In this document: piece after piece, positions 50,972-62,585 of the stretch
How positions within the stretch are numbered: position 1 is the stretch's first letter
Layout of the letters: each line of letters begins with the position of its first letter
Assembly (NCBI GenBank): GCA_965603825.1
Contig: CBFDEM010000062.1
Location: 744,001 to 808,000 of the forward strand
Length of the DNA: 64,000 bases
From: Blepharisma stoltei ATCC 30299
Lineage: Eukaryota > Protista > Ciliophora
Direction: 5' to 3'
Translations under genes and position numbers: made by a program
The notes under the pieces: model-generated
Seen by the model: the letters and a program-made list of their open reading frames with translations, nothing else
Databases searched by the model: none
What the model was told of the DNA's origin: nothing

Positions 50972-51580
50972 TGGCTGTATTCTGCTTGCGGTGCAGGCTG
51001 CAAAGTATGTACAAGCTCAACTGTTTGCACAACATGTTATGATACAAGTACTTTCTCAACTCTTAAAAATGGCGTTTGTGGTTGCACTGATCCTAGCCAA
51101 AGTTTCAATGACCAAGGCTTCTGCACATGCAACTCTGGATATTTCTTAAATGCAGATACATGTGTAGCATGTGGTAAAGGATGTAAAACTTGCAAAAGTG
51201 CAACATCATGCAAATTCTGTTGGGATACCAAGAATGGAGTAGCAAAAACCGATGGAACTTGCTCTTGCATATTAGCTGGCCAAGAATATGATTCTACTGA
51301 GCATGCATGTAATTGCCTTGTCCACACTTATGGAAATTACACCACTAAGAAATGTGAAACATGCAGTATAGGTTGCAGCGCATGCACAAACTCTACACTT
51401 TGTGACGAGTGTTACGACTCCACAAATATGCAAGAAGATAAAGACGGGACTTGTAGTTGTAAAGATGACGACCAGAGATTCTCGACTTCGAATGAAAAGT
51501 GCATTGATAGAGGAGATAGTGCAATTGGGTTGACTTTCTCTTGGGTCTTGCTTATTTCTGCAATGATCTTCTCGCTTTAG
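50972..51580 (+). pseudogene. 5'-truncated Cys-rich surface protein fragment with GPI-type signal
   Basis: Open frame of ~200 codons, SACGAGCKVC..., ending DSAIGLTFSWVLLISAMIFSL-TAG. In-frame TAA at 50957-59 and no ATG or signal peptide before the repeats. Confidence 0.75.
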
Positions 51581-53004
51581 ATAACTAATTTAAGCTAGAT
51601 AATTTGCTTCTAATTCGCCCCTTGGCTTACTAACAAAATTATTGAATTTTCTTTAAAATTTACGCTTCAGCACTAAAAGTAAATATCAAAATAATTATTG
51701 GCTTCCTTTATAGGCCTTAAGGTTCTCTATTTATCACAAAATTTAAGAAGTTGAAATTCTTATCTTGAAGTTAATTTTAGAATAAAAATATATCTATTAG
51801 TCTCAAATTAAAGGAAAAACTTAGCTCATAGACATAATTATTATATTTTATTAGCAATTTTAATTTAGTTTATGTAATATTAAATATCTGTAGATATATA
51901 GTTTTCTCTGCAGCTTCTGAAAAGCTAATCTCTTATTTTAGAGTTTTATATAGCATCTAAGTTTCTGAATAATGCCATGAAAAATTAACTAATGAATTAG
52001 ATCTTATGAGATTTTACAGAAAAAGAAGTAAAATGGTCGAATTATTGCTAAGTCCAGTCTTGAAGCATAACCATAAACTATTTTTGGCTTATTTAAAAGG
52101 TAAAAATTATAAGCATTATTATGGATTATTAAGATATAAAAAAGGGTGAGTTTATAAGATTTTTGCATTATTTTAGTCGAACTGTAAAGTAATTGCTTTT
52201 ATATTTAAAAATTTCGTATTGTAATTGACATCCAAGATTTTTTCTAATTTTAATAGCCTTAATTCTATACTGAAAATGAATTTTTAGAATATAAATTAGA
52301 ATCTTTATCAATTCAATATAGTTTAGCACTACTTTTAATTCATTAAATTAAGCTTCATTTACTATTATATGATTGTGCCAATTATAAAAAGATAAGGAGT
52401 TTCATAGTATACATTTTTACCTTCCATAATTAATTTAAAAATATTTCACATCAAACAGCTGATAAATTTTCGAAATAGCAAAATAATTAAAATAATATCC
52501 CATAGTAAAATTATCAGTTCTGATAAATAATAATATTTCTATTATCTAGCAAAAAAAACCCTCTAAAACTAAAATTTCTTATGTTATTTTTTTAAGAGAG
52601 CTAAAAACTTGCAAAAATTATAGCATCAAAAACTTCAAAACACAAAGGCGTTGCTTATAATAATACCCTAGGCAATCAATAATAAGCCCTAAGCTTATTT
52701 TTGGCTTTTTAAGATGGAAATAAAAAAAATGTTTTACCTTATGCCCTTTTATTCTGTTAAACTGATTATTCAAATAGGCTATTTTATTATTTTGAATATT
52801 TTGGTATTAATTTTAGCTAAATTTCATGGAACCAAATAATCATATTCTGAATTTGAAAATGGAATTTATTGATAAAATATCAAGTCAATCAAAAATCCTG
52901 AAAGACTTAATATTTTTTTGTTACCTGTATGCAGCTAATTTTCTCCCTAATATTCGGGCAAATCATAAATTAATTTATGCAATAAATTTCCCTTATTTTC
53001 ACAA

Positions 53005-53100
53005 GCTAAGCTTTATAATCCTGGGATCAGTAAAGCAGCTACTTCATATTTATTACAATTAATTATCAAATATTTGTAACAGCTAGTATAAAAATGGATC
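53005..53100. repeat. Conserved element, downstream of copy 9
   Basis: Near-identical to 33978-34075. Confidence 0.9.
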
Positions 53101-53411
53101 ATCGAATCATAATTTCAAATGACACTGCTACTGTTTTATGATGCACTAAAAATTATCTATTATTTAAATACTGCTGTCTAGCTGTTTGCCTTGCCTTCTG
53201 CATTTAATAGCTATAAAAAGCTATATCATTGCGAAGATTTAAGATTTGAGTTTAATATATGAATCAACATTTAATGGGTTTACTGATCTAGAAGATTAAA
53301 GTTGAATTAAATAATTTTATTTACTTATAAAAAACTTTTTAAGCAGCTCTCTAAAATAATATTTATATATTAGTATTCCAGACTAATTTTTTATAAAACT
53401 AAACAAAAAAT

Positions 53412-53834
53412 TTAAGCTTGAATTTTTAACCTTTCGGATTTGATGACAACTTTACAAGATCTAGACTTATGGTAGCTCTGCAAATAGCAAAACTGGCACA
53501 TTCCTTTAGCATAGAGCAGACGATCTTGGTGTGGGCAACTCCAAGCTTTTTTGTGTCGCCCACTTTTATGGTAGCAATTGCTGCACATACTCTTGGCATA
53601 GTGGCGTCTATTCGCATGAGGGCAAGCAGTGATTCTCTTATGTGCGCCTCTTGCTGGGCGCCTTTTAGAAACCTCTTCAGGATTTTCCTTAGACTCACCT
53701 TCTTCTTCAACTTCGCTATCTTCGCAAGAAAATATATTAGGAAGTCTTAGGCTAGATCCTTCTTCTGAAAATTTGAATATCAAGGAAAACATCCCTGAAA
53801 AAACATTGAGTTTATCCTTATAATTCTCACTCAT
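53412..53834 (-). CDS. Twin zinc-finger-like protein, copy 9
   Basis: Same motifs; lies within the segmental duplication. Confidence 0.9.
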   Translation of the reverse strand: MSENYKDKLNVFSGMFSLIFKFSEEGSSLRLPNIFSCEDSEVEEEGESKENPEEVSKRRPARGAHKRITACPHANRRHYAKSMCSNCYHKSGRHKKAWSCPHQDRLLYAKGMCQFCYLQSYHKSRSCKVVIKSERLKIQA

Positions 53835-55444
53835 CTATATTATTATATATTATCCACCAATCCACCCTATAAATGGAACAACCAACATGAATTACAATTA
53901 AAACATTAAAGAAGCCCAAAAACTGAAAAGTCAAATAAATGCTTCTATTGATAAATATTGCTTATATTTTCTTTAATTTTAAGATCTTTGCTAATAAAGA
54001 AAATTTAGAAAATTTTTCAAAAATATAAGTCATATAAATAAATAGAAAAATAGAAGTAATTTTAAAAAAACGCTAATTTTTATCGAGTAAGGAAGGTTTT
54101 TAATAAAAGTTTAGAAAATTGCTAAATTTTAATTTTTTTGAAGTATTTCATCCAAACGCCATTATTTGAACAAAATGGAAAATGGAACTTTTTTATGATG
54201 TGGATATTTTGTCTTTTTAAGCTTATCTAGTTAGGGATAATTATGAATAATTAAATCTTGATAATAATTATAATAGCTTTCATTTATTGCTTAGGTTTAT
54301 AGTTATGTAAAATCGAATATAGAGATAGAAAATCTGGAATTTCAATATTATATAAAAATCATATATAATGATTCAAAATTTTATTGTTTTATGTTTAAGA
54401 TTCAAATATTTATTATAAGATCCATAAATTATTTATTCATTCGCAAAGATAACCAAATTTTTTGGAATTTAATGGTCTTCATTATGATACTCTGATAAAA
54501 CTTTTTAGATATTACATTAAAGTTGCAAGACTTTTACACTCTCAGCCAATTGCCTGGAAATTCCAATGCAGTTCACGAGGAATTGATATTGTTTAAAATA
54601 TTTCTGGCTATATAAAAACCTTTCAAAATAGGATTGGCGAATCCCAATATACTTTGATGTATAATAAAATCTCAAAGTTTAGATAGATTGCAATTAATTT
54701 AAAATTATTTGAGCATAAATCAGCAAATAGAAGCATTAGATTTCTCAGAATCATTAAAAAGTATTTGAATTTATATTTAAATTCCAAAAACGAAATTTAT
54801 AAATTGCGCAAAATTCATAATACCTTCTGCTTTAATGACAAGAATTAGGTATTAAGATGAAAATAAAAAAAATAATTTTGGCTTAATAATTCGTTCTTTA
54901 TTACGCTGTGCACTAAATTATTTCTTTATTATTTGAAAATTTAATTTTAAGCAAAAATTTAAAAGAGCTTTATGGCAATATCTGTGTATAATGATGGACA
55001 TATTATGTGAATAAATAAAAATTTAGAAATAACCTTAATATGTCGAATATAAATCCTTGCAAACACTTTTACCATTAATTTAATTGCCACTCAGAAACAA
55101 ATTTAAAAGAACAATAAAAATCGATTTTTTCTAAAAATTTATTTTAATTAAAAAAGCTAATTAAAGCTAAATAATTCAGGACATATTAAAATTTCATTAA
55201 ATGGGTTTTTCAGCATAGATCTTGATTTTTAAGGATGGAGTAAAAAAGGGTTTAAGTCAATTTTTTATATATTAACACAACTGAATTAAATGCAAGAATT
55301 CATATTCAATTATATAATTAAAATAATAAAGGATTTAAGAATATAGTCTCGCTATTTATTTAATCATCTAGAATAATTGCATTTTTACTCACTCTTAATT
55401 TTCTCGCTAATATATATATGGCAATCTTGTTCTTTTGTCATCAA

Positions 55445-55530
55445 AGTTCAGCTTAATAGGCCTTGATCAGTAATGTGGCTCACTCATATTTTATATTTGG
55501 TAAATAAAATTTTGTAACAGCTAGGCTTGG
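55445..55530. repeat. Conserved element, downstream of copy 10
   Basis: CAGCTTAATAGGCCTTGATCAGTAATGTGGCTCACTCATATTT..AAATTTTGTAACAGCTAGGCT. Confidence 0.8.
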
Positions 55531-56094
55531 AAATTGCTAGAATAATGAGAAATTCAATATTATGATTAAACTTAATATGTAAAGATTATCTTTTTATTTA
55601 GCAAGATATTGTGTTAGCTACATCCTACTCCATAATACCTTTAAATGCATTTCAGCATAATTTTCGATATTTTCCTGATTTACATTAAAATCAATACAAT
55701 TATATCTACTTAATAAAAGGTAACTCTTAATCGGTCGAACTATAAATTCTGTCATATTTTTCAGGAGAATAGTTGTATTAGAGCAATTTAAGCTCTAAGG
55801 CTTAAAGCCATAAAACAATTTCCAATAAAATAAAAATGTTCTCATTATTGATGACATCACTGTATAAACATTTTTATATAAATTTGTTAATTAAAACCGA
55901 GGATAAAAGGTAAGCAATGCCTTCCTTAGTTTAACCGCTAAAATAGTCCCTCAGACCCACTCTAACTGGATCTAAGCAATTCTTTATTTATAGCAATTAA
56001 CTGATTACTCTAATGCCTTCATCACATAACTCTAAGATTTTATATATTATTGGTTTTACTAGCCATTTTAGATAACTCAACCTAAAGTTAAACA

Positions 56095-56499
56095 TTAATT
56101 TTCTTCTTTAGGCACTTTTGAAGTTCTCATCTGATGATAATTTTTTAAGTAGCAAGCTTTGCACAATCCTTTGGCATAGAATTTGAGGTCTTTATGCGGG
56201 CACATCCAAGCTTCTTTTTGTCTCCCAAATTTATGGTAACAATTGCTACACATGTTTCTGGCGTAATGCCGTTTATTTGCGTGAGGGCAAGCAGTGTTCT
56301 TCCTTCTATGCTGCTTTTTCGTTTTGCTTTTGGGATTATTTTTAACTTTTTTCTCTTCCTTGATTTCTTTAGAATTACTATCATCGTGCAAAAATTGAAT
56401 TTTAGGTAATTTTCGGCTTGGTTCTCCTTCTATAAAATTTGAAATCAAGGAGAACATCCCTGAGAATACTGAAACCTTATCTCTGAAATTTTCACCCAT
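56095..56499 (-). CDS. Twin zinc-finger-like protein, copy 10
   Basis: Same motifs, more diverged. Confidence 0.9.
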   Translation of the reverse strand: MGENFRDKVSVFSGMFSLISNFIEGEPSRKLPKIQFLHDDSNSKEIKEEKKVKNNPKSKTKKQHRRKNTACPHANKRHYARNMCSNCYHKFGRQKEAWMCPHKDLKFYAKGLCKACYLKNYHQMRTSKVPKEEN

Positions 56500-57784
56500 C
56501 TATAATATTATGTCGTCCACGAATTTAAATTTGAAATGGAAGATTATTTTATTAGGTATTTAAAAAATTCAAAAGTTAGCATAATTTACGAAACAATTAG
56601 ACAACTCTGCAATTAGTATTAAATATATATATATATATATTGTTTTATTTTAAGCATGAACCTTACACAAAAATTTATTTGATTTGAAAAAACTTCTTAA
56701 AAAAAATAGCATGATAGAGGGTAGCTTAGGGACACTAGGGATGAAGCAGCACCATGAAGAATTGCCAAAATTGAGAGTTGGTGAAAATAAAACTAATATG
56801 AAAAATTTATTAAGAATTATTGCAAATCAAAAGTCATTTTGGAGAATTTTTGAATTTTTACTATGAATTTTTTGTCCTGAACTTTTCTATTTCACTTTTA
56901 TTTTATATTAATAAAAAACTCGCTTATTCTATCAGCAATTTTTATTTTGTAAAGATGCAAAAACAACATCATCAGATGGACAACTGAAGCAAGATTATTA
57001 GAAATTTGAAAGCTCTAGAATTATTGAATAGCACTAAATATTATTAAATTATACAAAATAATAATCTGTTTTAAAAATAAATAATGTCAAATTTGATTAT
57101 TTTTGGAACTAATTTTAGATATGTGCAAGATATTATAAATAGCTATTTTTGAAAAGTTGATTGAAACTCTTTAAGAATCAATAAAGGAATAGAAATCAGG
57201 CGGAATTAAAGATTTTTAATAATATAAATTATTTCTTAAAATTACTTACCATAATTTATATAAATATATATAAATTTATACAGTTTATTGATTAACTTAC
57301 TCAGTAGCTTTGATACATATTGCCTTTTCTAATTCTCATAAGTATAAATTATGAGATGCTACTTCACAAATAATTTTGTTATAATAAAAGTTAATCTTAT
57401 AAAGCTATTTATTTTTTAAATATTAAAATTTATGGATAAAAGTGATTAAAAACATAATTGTCTTATTAAAATATCTTAAAATACTTTTATTCTTTTGTCT
57501 AATTATTGCTTAAAAAAGCGTATTATAAATTTTCTAAATGTTTTGTTTAAAAAGGTAGCTTAAAATTAAAAAGAACTATCGATATAGGATATCATAAAAA
57601 ATCTCCATTTAGTATATTAAAGTAATTATTTCCTTATAAAAGTGATCATATGGTTTTTTAATATTAAATAGCATAGAAAAATAAAAAAATAAAAATTTTC
57701 TAATATTTTTATAGCAATCCTCACAAGATAACTATCCATTTTATCTTATCAATTAAATTAATATTTTGAATCTTAGCGAATTAG

Positions 57785-57824
57785 TTCCATTTATTTTAAA
57801 TTTGTGGACGATATAATGTTAAAG
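57785..57824 (+). promoter_or_regulatory. Conserved pre-ATG motif of the zinc-finger family (example copy)
   Basis: TTCCATTT-N-GTGGA-N-ATAAT-N-AG|ATG recurs, with variation, before copies 6, 7, 8, 9, 10, 11 and 12. Confidence 0.55.
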
Positions 57825-58208
57825 ATGAGCGAAAATTGCGACAATGGGTTTTCAATTTTTTCAGGGATGTTTTCCTTGATCTTTAAATCACGTGAAGGAG
57901 TACCAAGTCTAAGACTACCAGAAATACAATTCTTCGATGCCAAGGAAAGAAAATCAAAGGAAAAAGACAATGATTTTTTCAACTGCGACTCGAAAAGACC
58001 TAAAAAAATGAAGATTACTGCTTGCCCTCATGTAAATAAACGTCATTACGCCAGGAATATGTGTAGCACCTGCTACCATAGATCTGGAAGACAAAAGCAA
58101 GCTTGAGCATGTCAGCACAAAGATCGTCGGCTGTATGCCAAGGGAGTTTGTAAAACTTGTTACTTGAGGAATTACCATAAAGCAAAATTTTCCAAAGTGA
58201 AAAATTAA
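57825..58208 (+). CDS. Twin zinc-finger-like protein, copy 11
   Basis: ATG at 57825 (MSENCD), TGA 58104-06 = Trp, TAA 58206-08. Confidence 0.9.
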
Positions 58209-58521
58209 AAAAGCTTTAGTTTATAGTCGATAATTTAAAGAATTGTTTATAAAAAATAAGGATGCATATAATTTTAGGATGTATATAATTTTAGGGTCAT
58301 ATGATGCAAGGCACTGATGCTATTTTATTATGATTTATTATTGCTTATTTTTATTAGGGTATAATAAGTATAATTAAAACAGCTTCATATAAGGTTTTAA
58401 AATTTTCTTATGAAAATTAATATAGAGGAGGAAGAAGTAGGTGGCTCTACGCCAAGTCTCAAGAAATGATAGTCCTTAATAAAATTGATAAATAGCAGTC
58501 ATTAAATTTAAAATTTGACAA

Positions 58522-58615
58522 TTCCATATTTTTTAGTCTGTCTGTTACATAAAATTTAATTATCAAATAAACAAATATGAAATTAACTCCCTCACTGAAT
58601 AGGATTATTAAGGCT
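58522..58615. repeat. Conserved element, inverted, downstream of copy 11
   Basis: TCCATATTTTTTAGTCTGTCTGTTACATAAAATTT..AAATATGA..ACTGAATAGGATTATTAAGGCT, the reverse complement of the consensus. Confidence 0.85.
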
Positions 58616-60323
58616 ATCTTGAAATAATAAAAAATATTTTGTTGAAATAAATAACAATAAGCAATAAATTGAAATATTATCTCCTTTTAATAAAGCAGCG
58701 AATTCGCTTCTTGAGTTGATGATCATTTTTGCTAAAATTCCAATAATAAATATTGAGCAATAAAATAATTCAGACTGATGACATCGAAAATTGCATTCTG
58801 AGAAATTCAAAAATTAAATAAACTGCTTTTCGAAGTTTATTTAAATATGAAGACAGGTCTTTTATTTCATCTTCAAGGCTTAAGATATAATTTGAAAAAC
58901 CCTTGCACTACTTGCGTATAATTTTAGAATGCCATGGCTATCTTAGCTTTGGTTATCTTTTTAATTCATATTTCTCAGAATAATTTTTTATATTCTAATT
59001 ATTATTTATTAATTTCTTTCTTAAGCAAAAATAAAGCAAAGCAATTATTCGCTTTAATAAGACAAATCTTCTATAAGTTAAAGCTGCTTGCTTATTCTTA
59101 TAATTATGCATTCAGCACCATTTTTTGCATATATCTTACTCTTATCATTAAGGCTAATATAAATTTTTGCTTATTTAAGCTAAAGAAAATAGTTTTATTA
59201 CTGCAGTGGACTAGAGCACATATTACTTTTTATAATATTAAAACTCTTTGTCTTTTTATCTGAACATTTAAACACAAATCTAAAAAGCTTGCTTTTCAAA
59301 TCTAAAATTTTAAATAAAAATTCTGTCAATAGGGATTTTTTCAACACTGTTCTTCTTCAATATTTTCTTATGCTTATGAAGCTTGCTAATACGGCTTTAA
59401 TTAAAATCATAGGATAGCTTGAATTGAATACTGTTTTTGCAGAGATCATCACCTTTTCTGGGATTGCAATGATTTTAAAATAATATTAATCCCTTCATCA
59501 TTGCATGAGAAACCATCATGTTTTCTTGAAAATCTATAAAGAGGATAATATTTTCAACTTTCTATTATATATCAATAATCAGATATCAAAGAATTTATAA
59601 GAGTTTCCTGTTAATAAATTTGATAATGGTAAATGGAATTGCCAAATCTTAAAAGAAGGAGTAGTTAACATAAATGAAAGCTTTTCAGCAATTTATAAAT
59701 TTTTAGGATTCTGCTAAACAAAATATATCCTAAAAGATAAATTTATATTTGTTCATTTTGGTAGTCCATCTTCCTTATAATTCTTGAAAAATATGATTCA
59801 AAATTAGTCAAAACTTAGAGCTTCTTTTCTTATCCTTGAGTGTATGATCCCAAACAGGACTAAGTTTGTGATTTTTCATCTTATAACTGAACACCCAAAA
59901 TTAAAAATGCTATATTTAATATTAAAAAGAGTTGATTATTTTATTTCTTCTGTTGTATATGTCTTATTTTTGCTCACAAATCCTTTTATGTTAATATGCG
60001 GATCACATAATAAAGATAAACTCAGATTTCCTTACTAATAGTGCTAAAAATTGTGTAAATATTTATTTACAACTTCACCATAAATCTGAGATTTAAGATA
60101 GACCTAGAATATTTAAAATTAACTTTACAAAATTGATTAAAAATATCAGAAAGAGGTTGGCTTTATTTTTCAGCTCTTAAGAATAGATAACTTCATAAAA
60201 TATATTGTAACAAAATTTAATAGTGTTTCGCACTTAAGCAGCTTTTACTTTCAGATTATTATTATTATTAACAGTCCTTTTAAAGAATAAATTTTAATTT
60301 TAGATTTTCACTTACTTTTGAGT

Positions 60324-60390
60324 GTCCGATATTTTTTAGTTTGCTGTTATAAAATTTATATCTTTAATTTAAGACCAGCTTGAGCCAGAA
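60324..60390. repeat. Conserved element, inverted, upstream of copy 12
   Basis: GTCCGATATTTTTTAGTTTGCTGTTATAAAATTT..TGAGCCAG. Confidence 0.65.
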
Positions 60391-61785
60391 TCAAAATGCC
60401 TGAAATTGCATTTTTTAAAATATGCATAAATTTGTGAGCCAAACGATAGTTGCTCATTGGATATAACTATCAAATATAACAAAAATGAATTTACCTGAAT
60501 TTCTGATTAAAGCTTTCTAAGAAGCTAATTTTGTGATAATAAGAAATATTTTGCATAAACCACTTCTTATAGCAAAAAAGTAATAAATAAAAGATTATGC
60601 ATTTTTATAAGAAAAAGTTTATTAAAGATTATAGGCAATCCATATTGCAAACGCAAAAAGAAAAATTCAAATAATAATAAAGTAGTCGGCCAAAAGCCAT
60701 TCTAATAAATTTTTAAATGTGAACGTGAATTTTTTACTCCATTTTCAAGGCTAAACTTTATTTGATATATATTATACAGAGCTCTATGAACTGTTTAATA
60801 TTTTTGAATTTAGCCTCAACAATAATTTTAAAAAATTTAATTCTAATATTATTATTTGATTTTGATTTAAAAGAGATTTTTTAAAAAAGTTAGTGTGATA
60901 ATCATCAGCATGTACAAAGAATTTAAAAGTAAAAGCAAATTGCTTATTTTAAAAAATCATATGACTTGCCTGTGCTTTTCCATAATACTCAGTCTTATAA
61001 TTAAATCTTTTAAATTTGTGTATAGCTTGAAATATTATTTCAGCTGCAATAAACTGAACGAATTTAACCAATTAATATAAAAATTCAACTCACTTTATCT
61101 TCTTTTATAATTTATTTAAATATGATATTTTAATAGGGCTTTCTCATATAGTCTAAAATTAAAGTAGGCATTTTTTGATAGATATTTTATAATTACTTCC
61201 TTTATTCTGGTTTTCTGCATTTGCCCATGTTTATTGCATAGCCAGTCATATCTGAGTATTTCACAGCTATTATAAAATATTAAGCGTGAATTTATAAATA
61301 TGAATTTGCATTGCTATAAGCGAAAAAGAAAGTTCCCCTAAAATTTCATATTTTAACGTCTCTTTGTGAGTTTCTAATAACTCAGCAACTGGTCAAGCAT
61401 AATTTTTTTAAATTCTTCCATTTTAAATCTTCAATAAAAATCAAAAAATTTTAAAATTTCCAAGAATAATCCATAAGTTCATATAAATATGTTAACATTG
61501 TTAATTTTTTAGAAGCTAGCAGTCAAAATAATAATCCAAATTCTATATATTTAAGAACCAAATATAATAGCTATTTTTATTTCTTTATTGACCCAAGATT
61601 TTTGATCTTAAGATGTTTTTAACTGATTTTTTATGTTTTACGTAATAATTGAGACTTAAAATTAAATCGTAAGGCTTTTTTTTTTTTATTTTTTAAGTTC
61701 TATAAGCTTTTTAAATTTTTTAAATAAAACTATATGCTGAAAACTCCATTTATGTGTTAAATTCGTGGATAGGATAATATTATTG

Positions 61786-62178
61786 ATGAGTATAAACTTT
61801 GAGGACAACTCAACAATGTTTTCAGGAATGTTTTCCCTGGTATTTCCATCTAGAGAAGGATCTAGTCTGCGGCTTCCTAAAATAGAACCCTTTGAAGGAA
61901 TAAGTGAAGCTGAGCTAATCCAAAAACCCAAAATTCCATTGAAGAGCATTTCTAAAAAAAGGTCAAGGAAGAGAATCACAGCTTGCCCCCACGTGAATAA
62001 ACGATACTATGCAAGGAGCATGTGTAATAATTGCTATCATAAAATCGGGAGACAAAAAAAAGCTTGAAATTGCCAGCATACAGATCGCCAACTCTATGCA
62101 AAGGGATTATGTCAAAAATGCTATTTGCAGGATTATCATAGCCTTAAATCATGTAAGGCGGATGAGGAGAAGATTTAA
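61786..62178 (+). CDS. Twin zinc-finger-like protein, copy 12
   Basis: ATG at 61786, TGA 62065-67 = Trp, TAA 62176-78. Confidence 0.9.
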
Positions 62179-62486
62179 ATATTTAAGGCTAAAGCCATTT
62201 AAGATCAATCTAAAATTTTAACTGGATATAACTGTGCCTATTGGCTATAAAAGCTATTAAAATATATATTAAACGAATTATTTTTGCCTTTTTCCTTCAG
62301 TTTAAGCTTTACTTTCAACTTAATATTGCTTGCGTGATTCCTTAAAACCTCTTCAAAATTTATTACCTTTTTACATTTTTTTATAATTATATATTACTAA
62401 ATAAATATTACTTCAGCATGCTAAAGCAGGTGCATTATGATTTAGGGATAATAAAATTGGCTTCATTTGATGCGAATACTGAAAAG

Positions 62487-62585
62487 TCCATATTTTCAGC
62501 ATGGCTGGCTGTTACAAAATTAATTATTAAATATAACATTTAACTTACCTACTTTACTGGTTAAAGCTTATAAAGCCAAGCTTGC
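62487..62585. repeat. Conserved element, inverted, downstream of copy 12
   Basis: GTCCATATTTT..TGGCTGTTACAAAATT..CTACTTTACTGG..AAGCTTATAAAGC. Confidence 0.85.

Larger units (their letters stand above)
51672..54942. repeat. Segmental duplication, copy B
   Basis: Same orientation as 32760-35960, with a 134-bp extra segment. Confidence 0.92.

Noticed and set aside
58934-59263. 109-aa hydrophobic ORF and similar I/L/F/K-rich short ORFs (24600, 35526, 52826, 60895, 63499)
   Set aside because: Composition is as expected from random AT-rich DNA; the 52826 and 35526 ORFs are not preserved in the duplicate segment.
19299-62067. TGA-containing finger genes as pseudogenes or selenoproteins (element as SECIS)
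   Set aside because: TGA aligns with TGG/Trp rather than Cys, occurs in unrelated genes, and the AUGA..UGA spacing in the element is too short for a SECIS stem.
19287-62221. Recurrent antisense or alternate-frame ORFs over the finger and Cys-rich genes
   Set aside because: Their similarity is a by-product of conservation of the real frame; starts and stops are inconsistent between copies.
18470-62585. CRISPR-like or prokaryotic integron array
   Set aside because: Eukaryotic context, kb-scale irregular spacing, degenerate repeats, and no cas or integrase gene.
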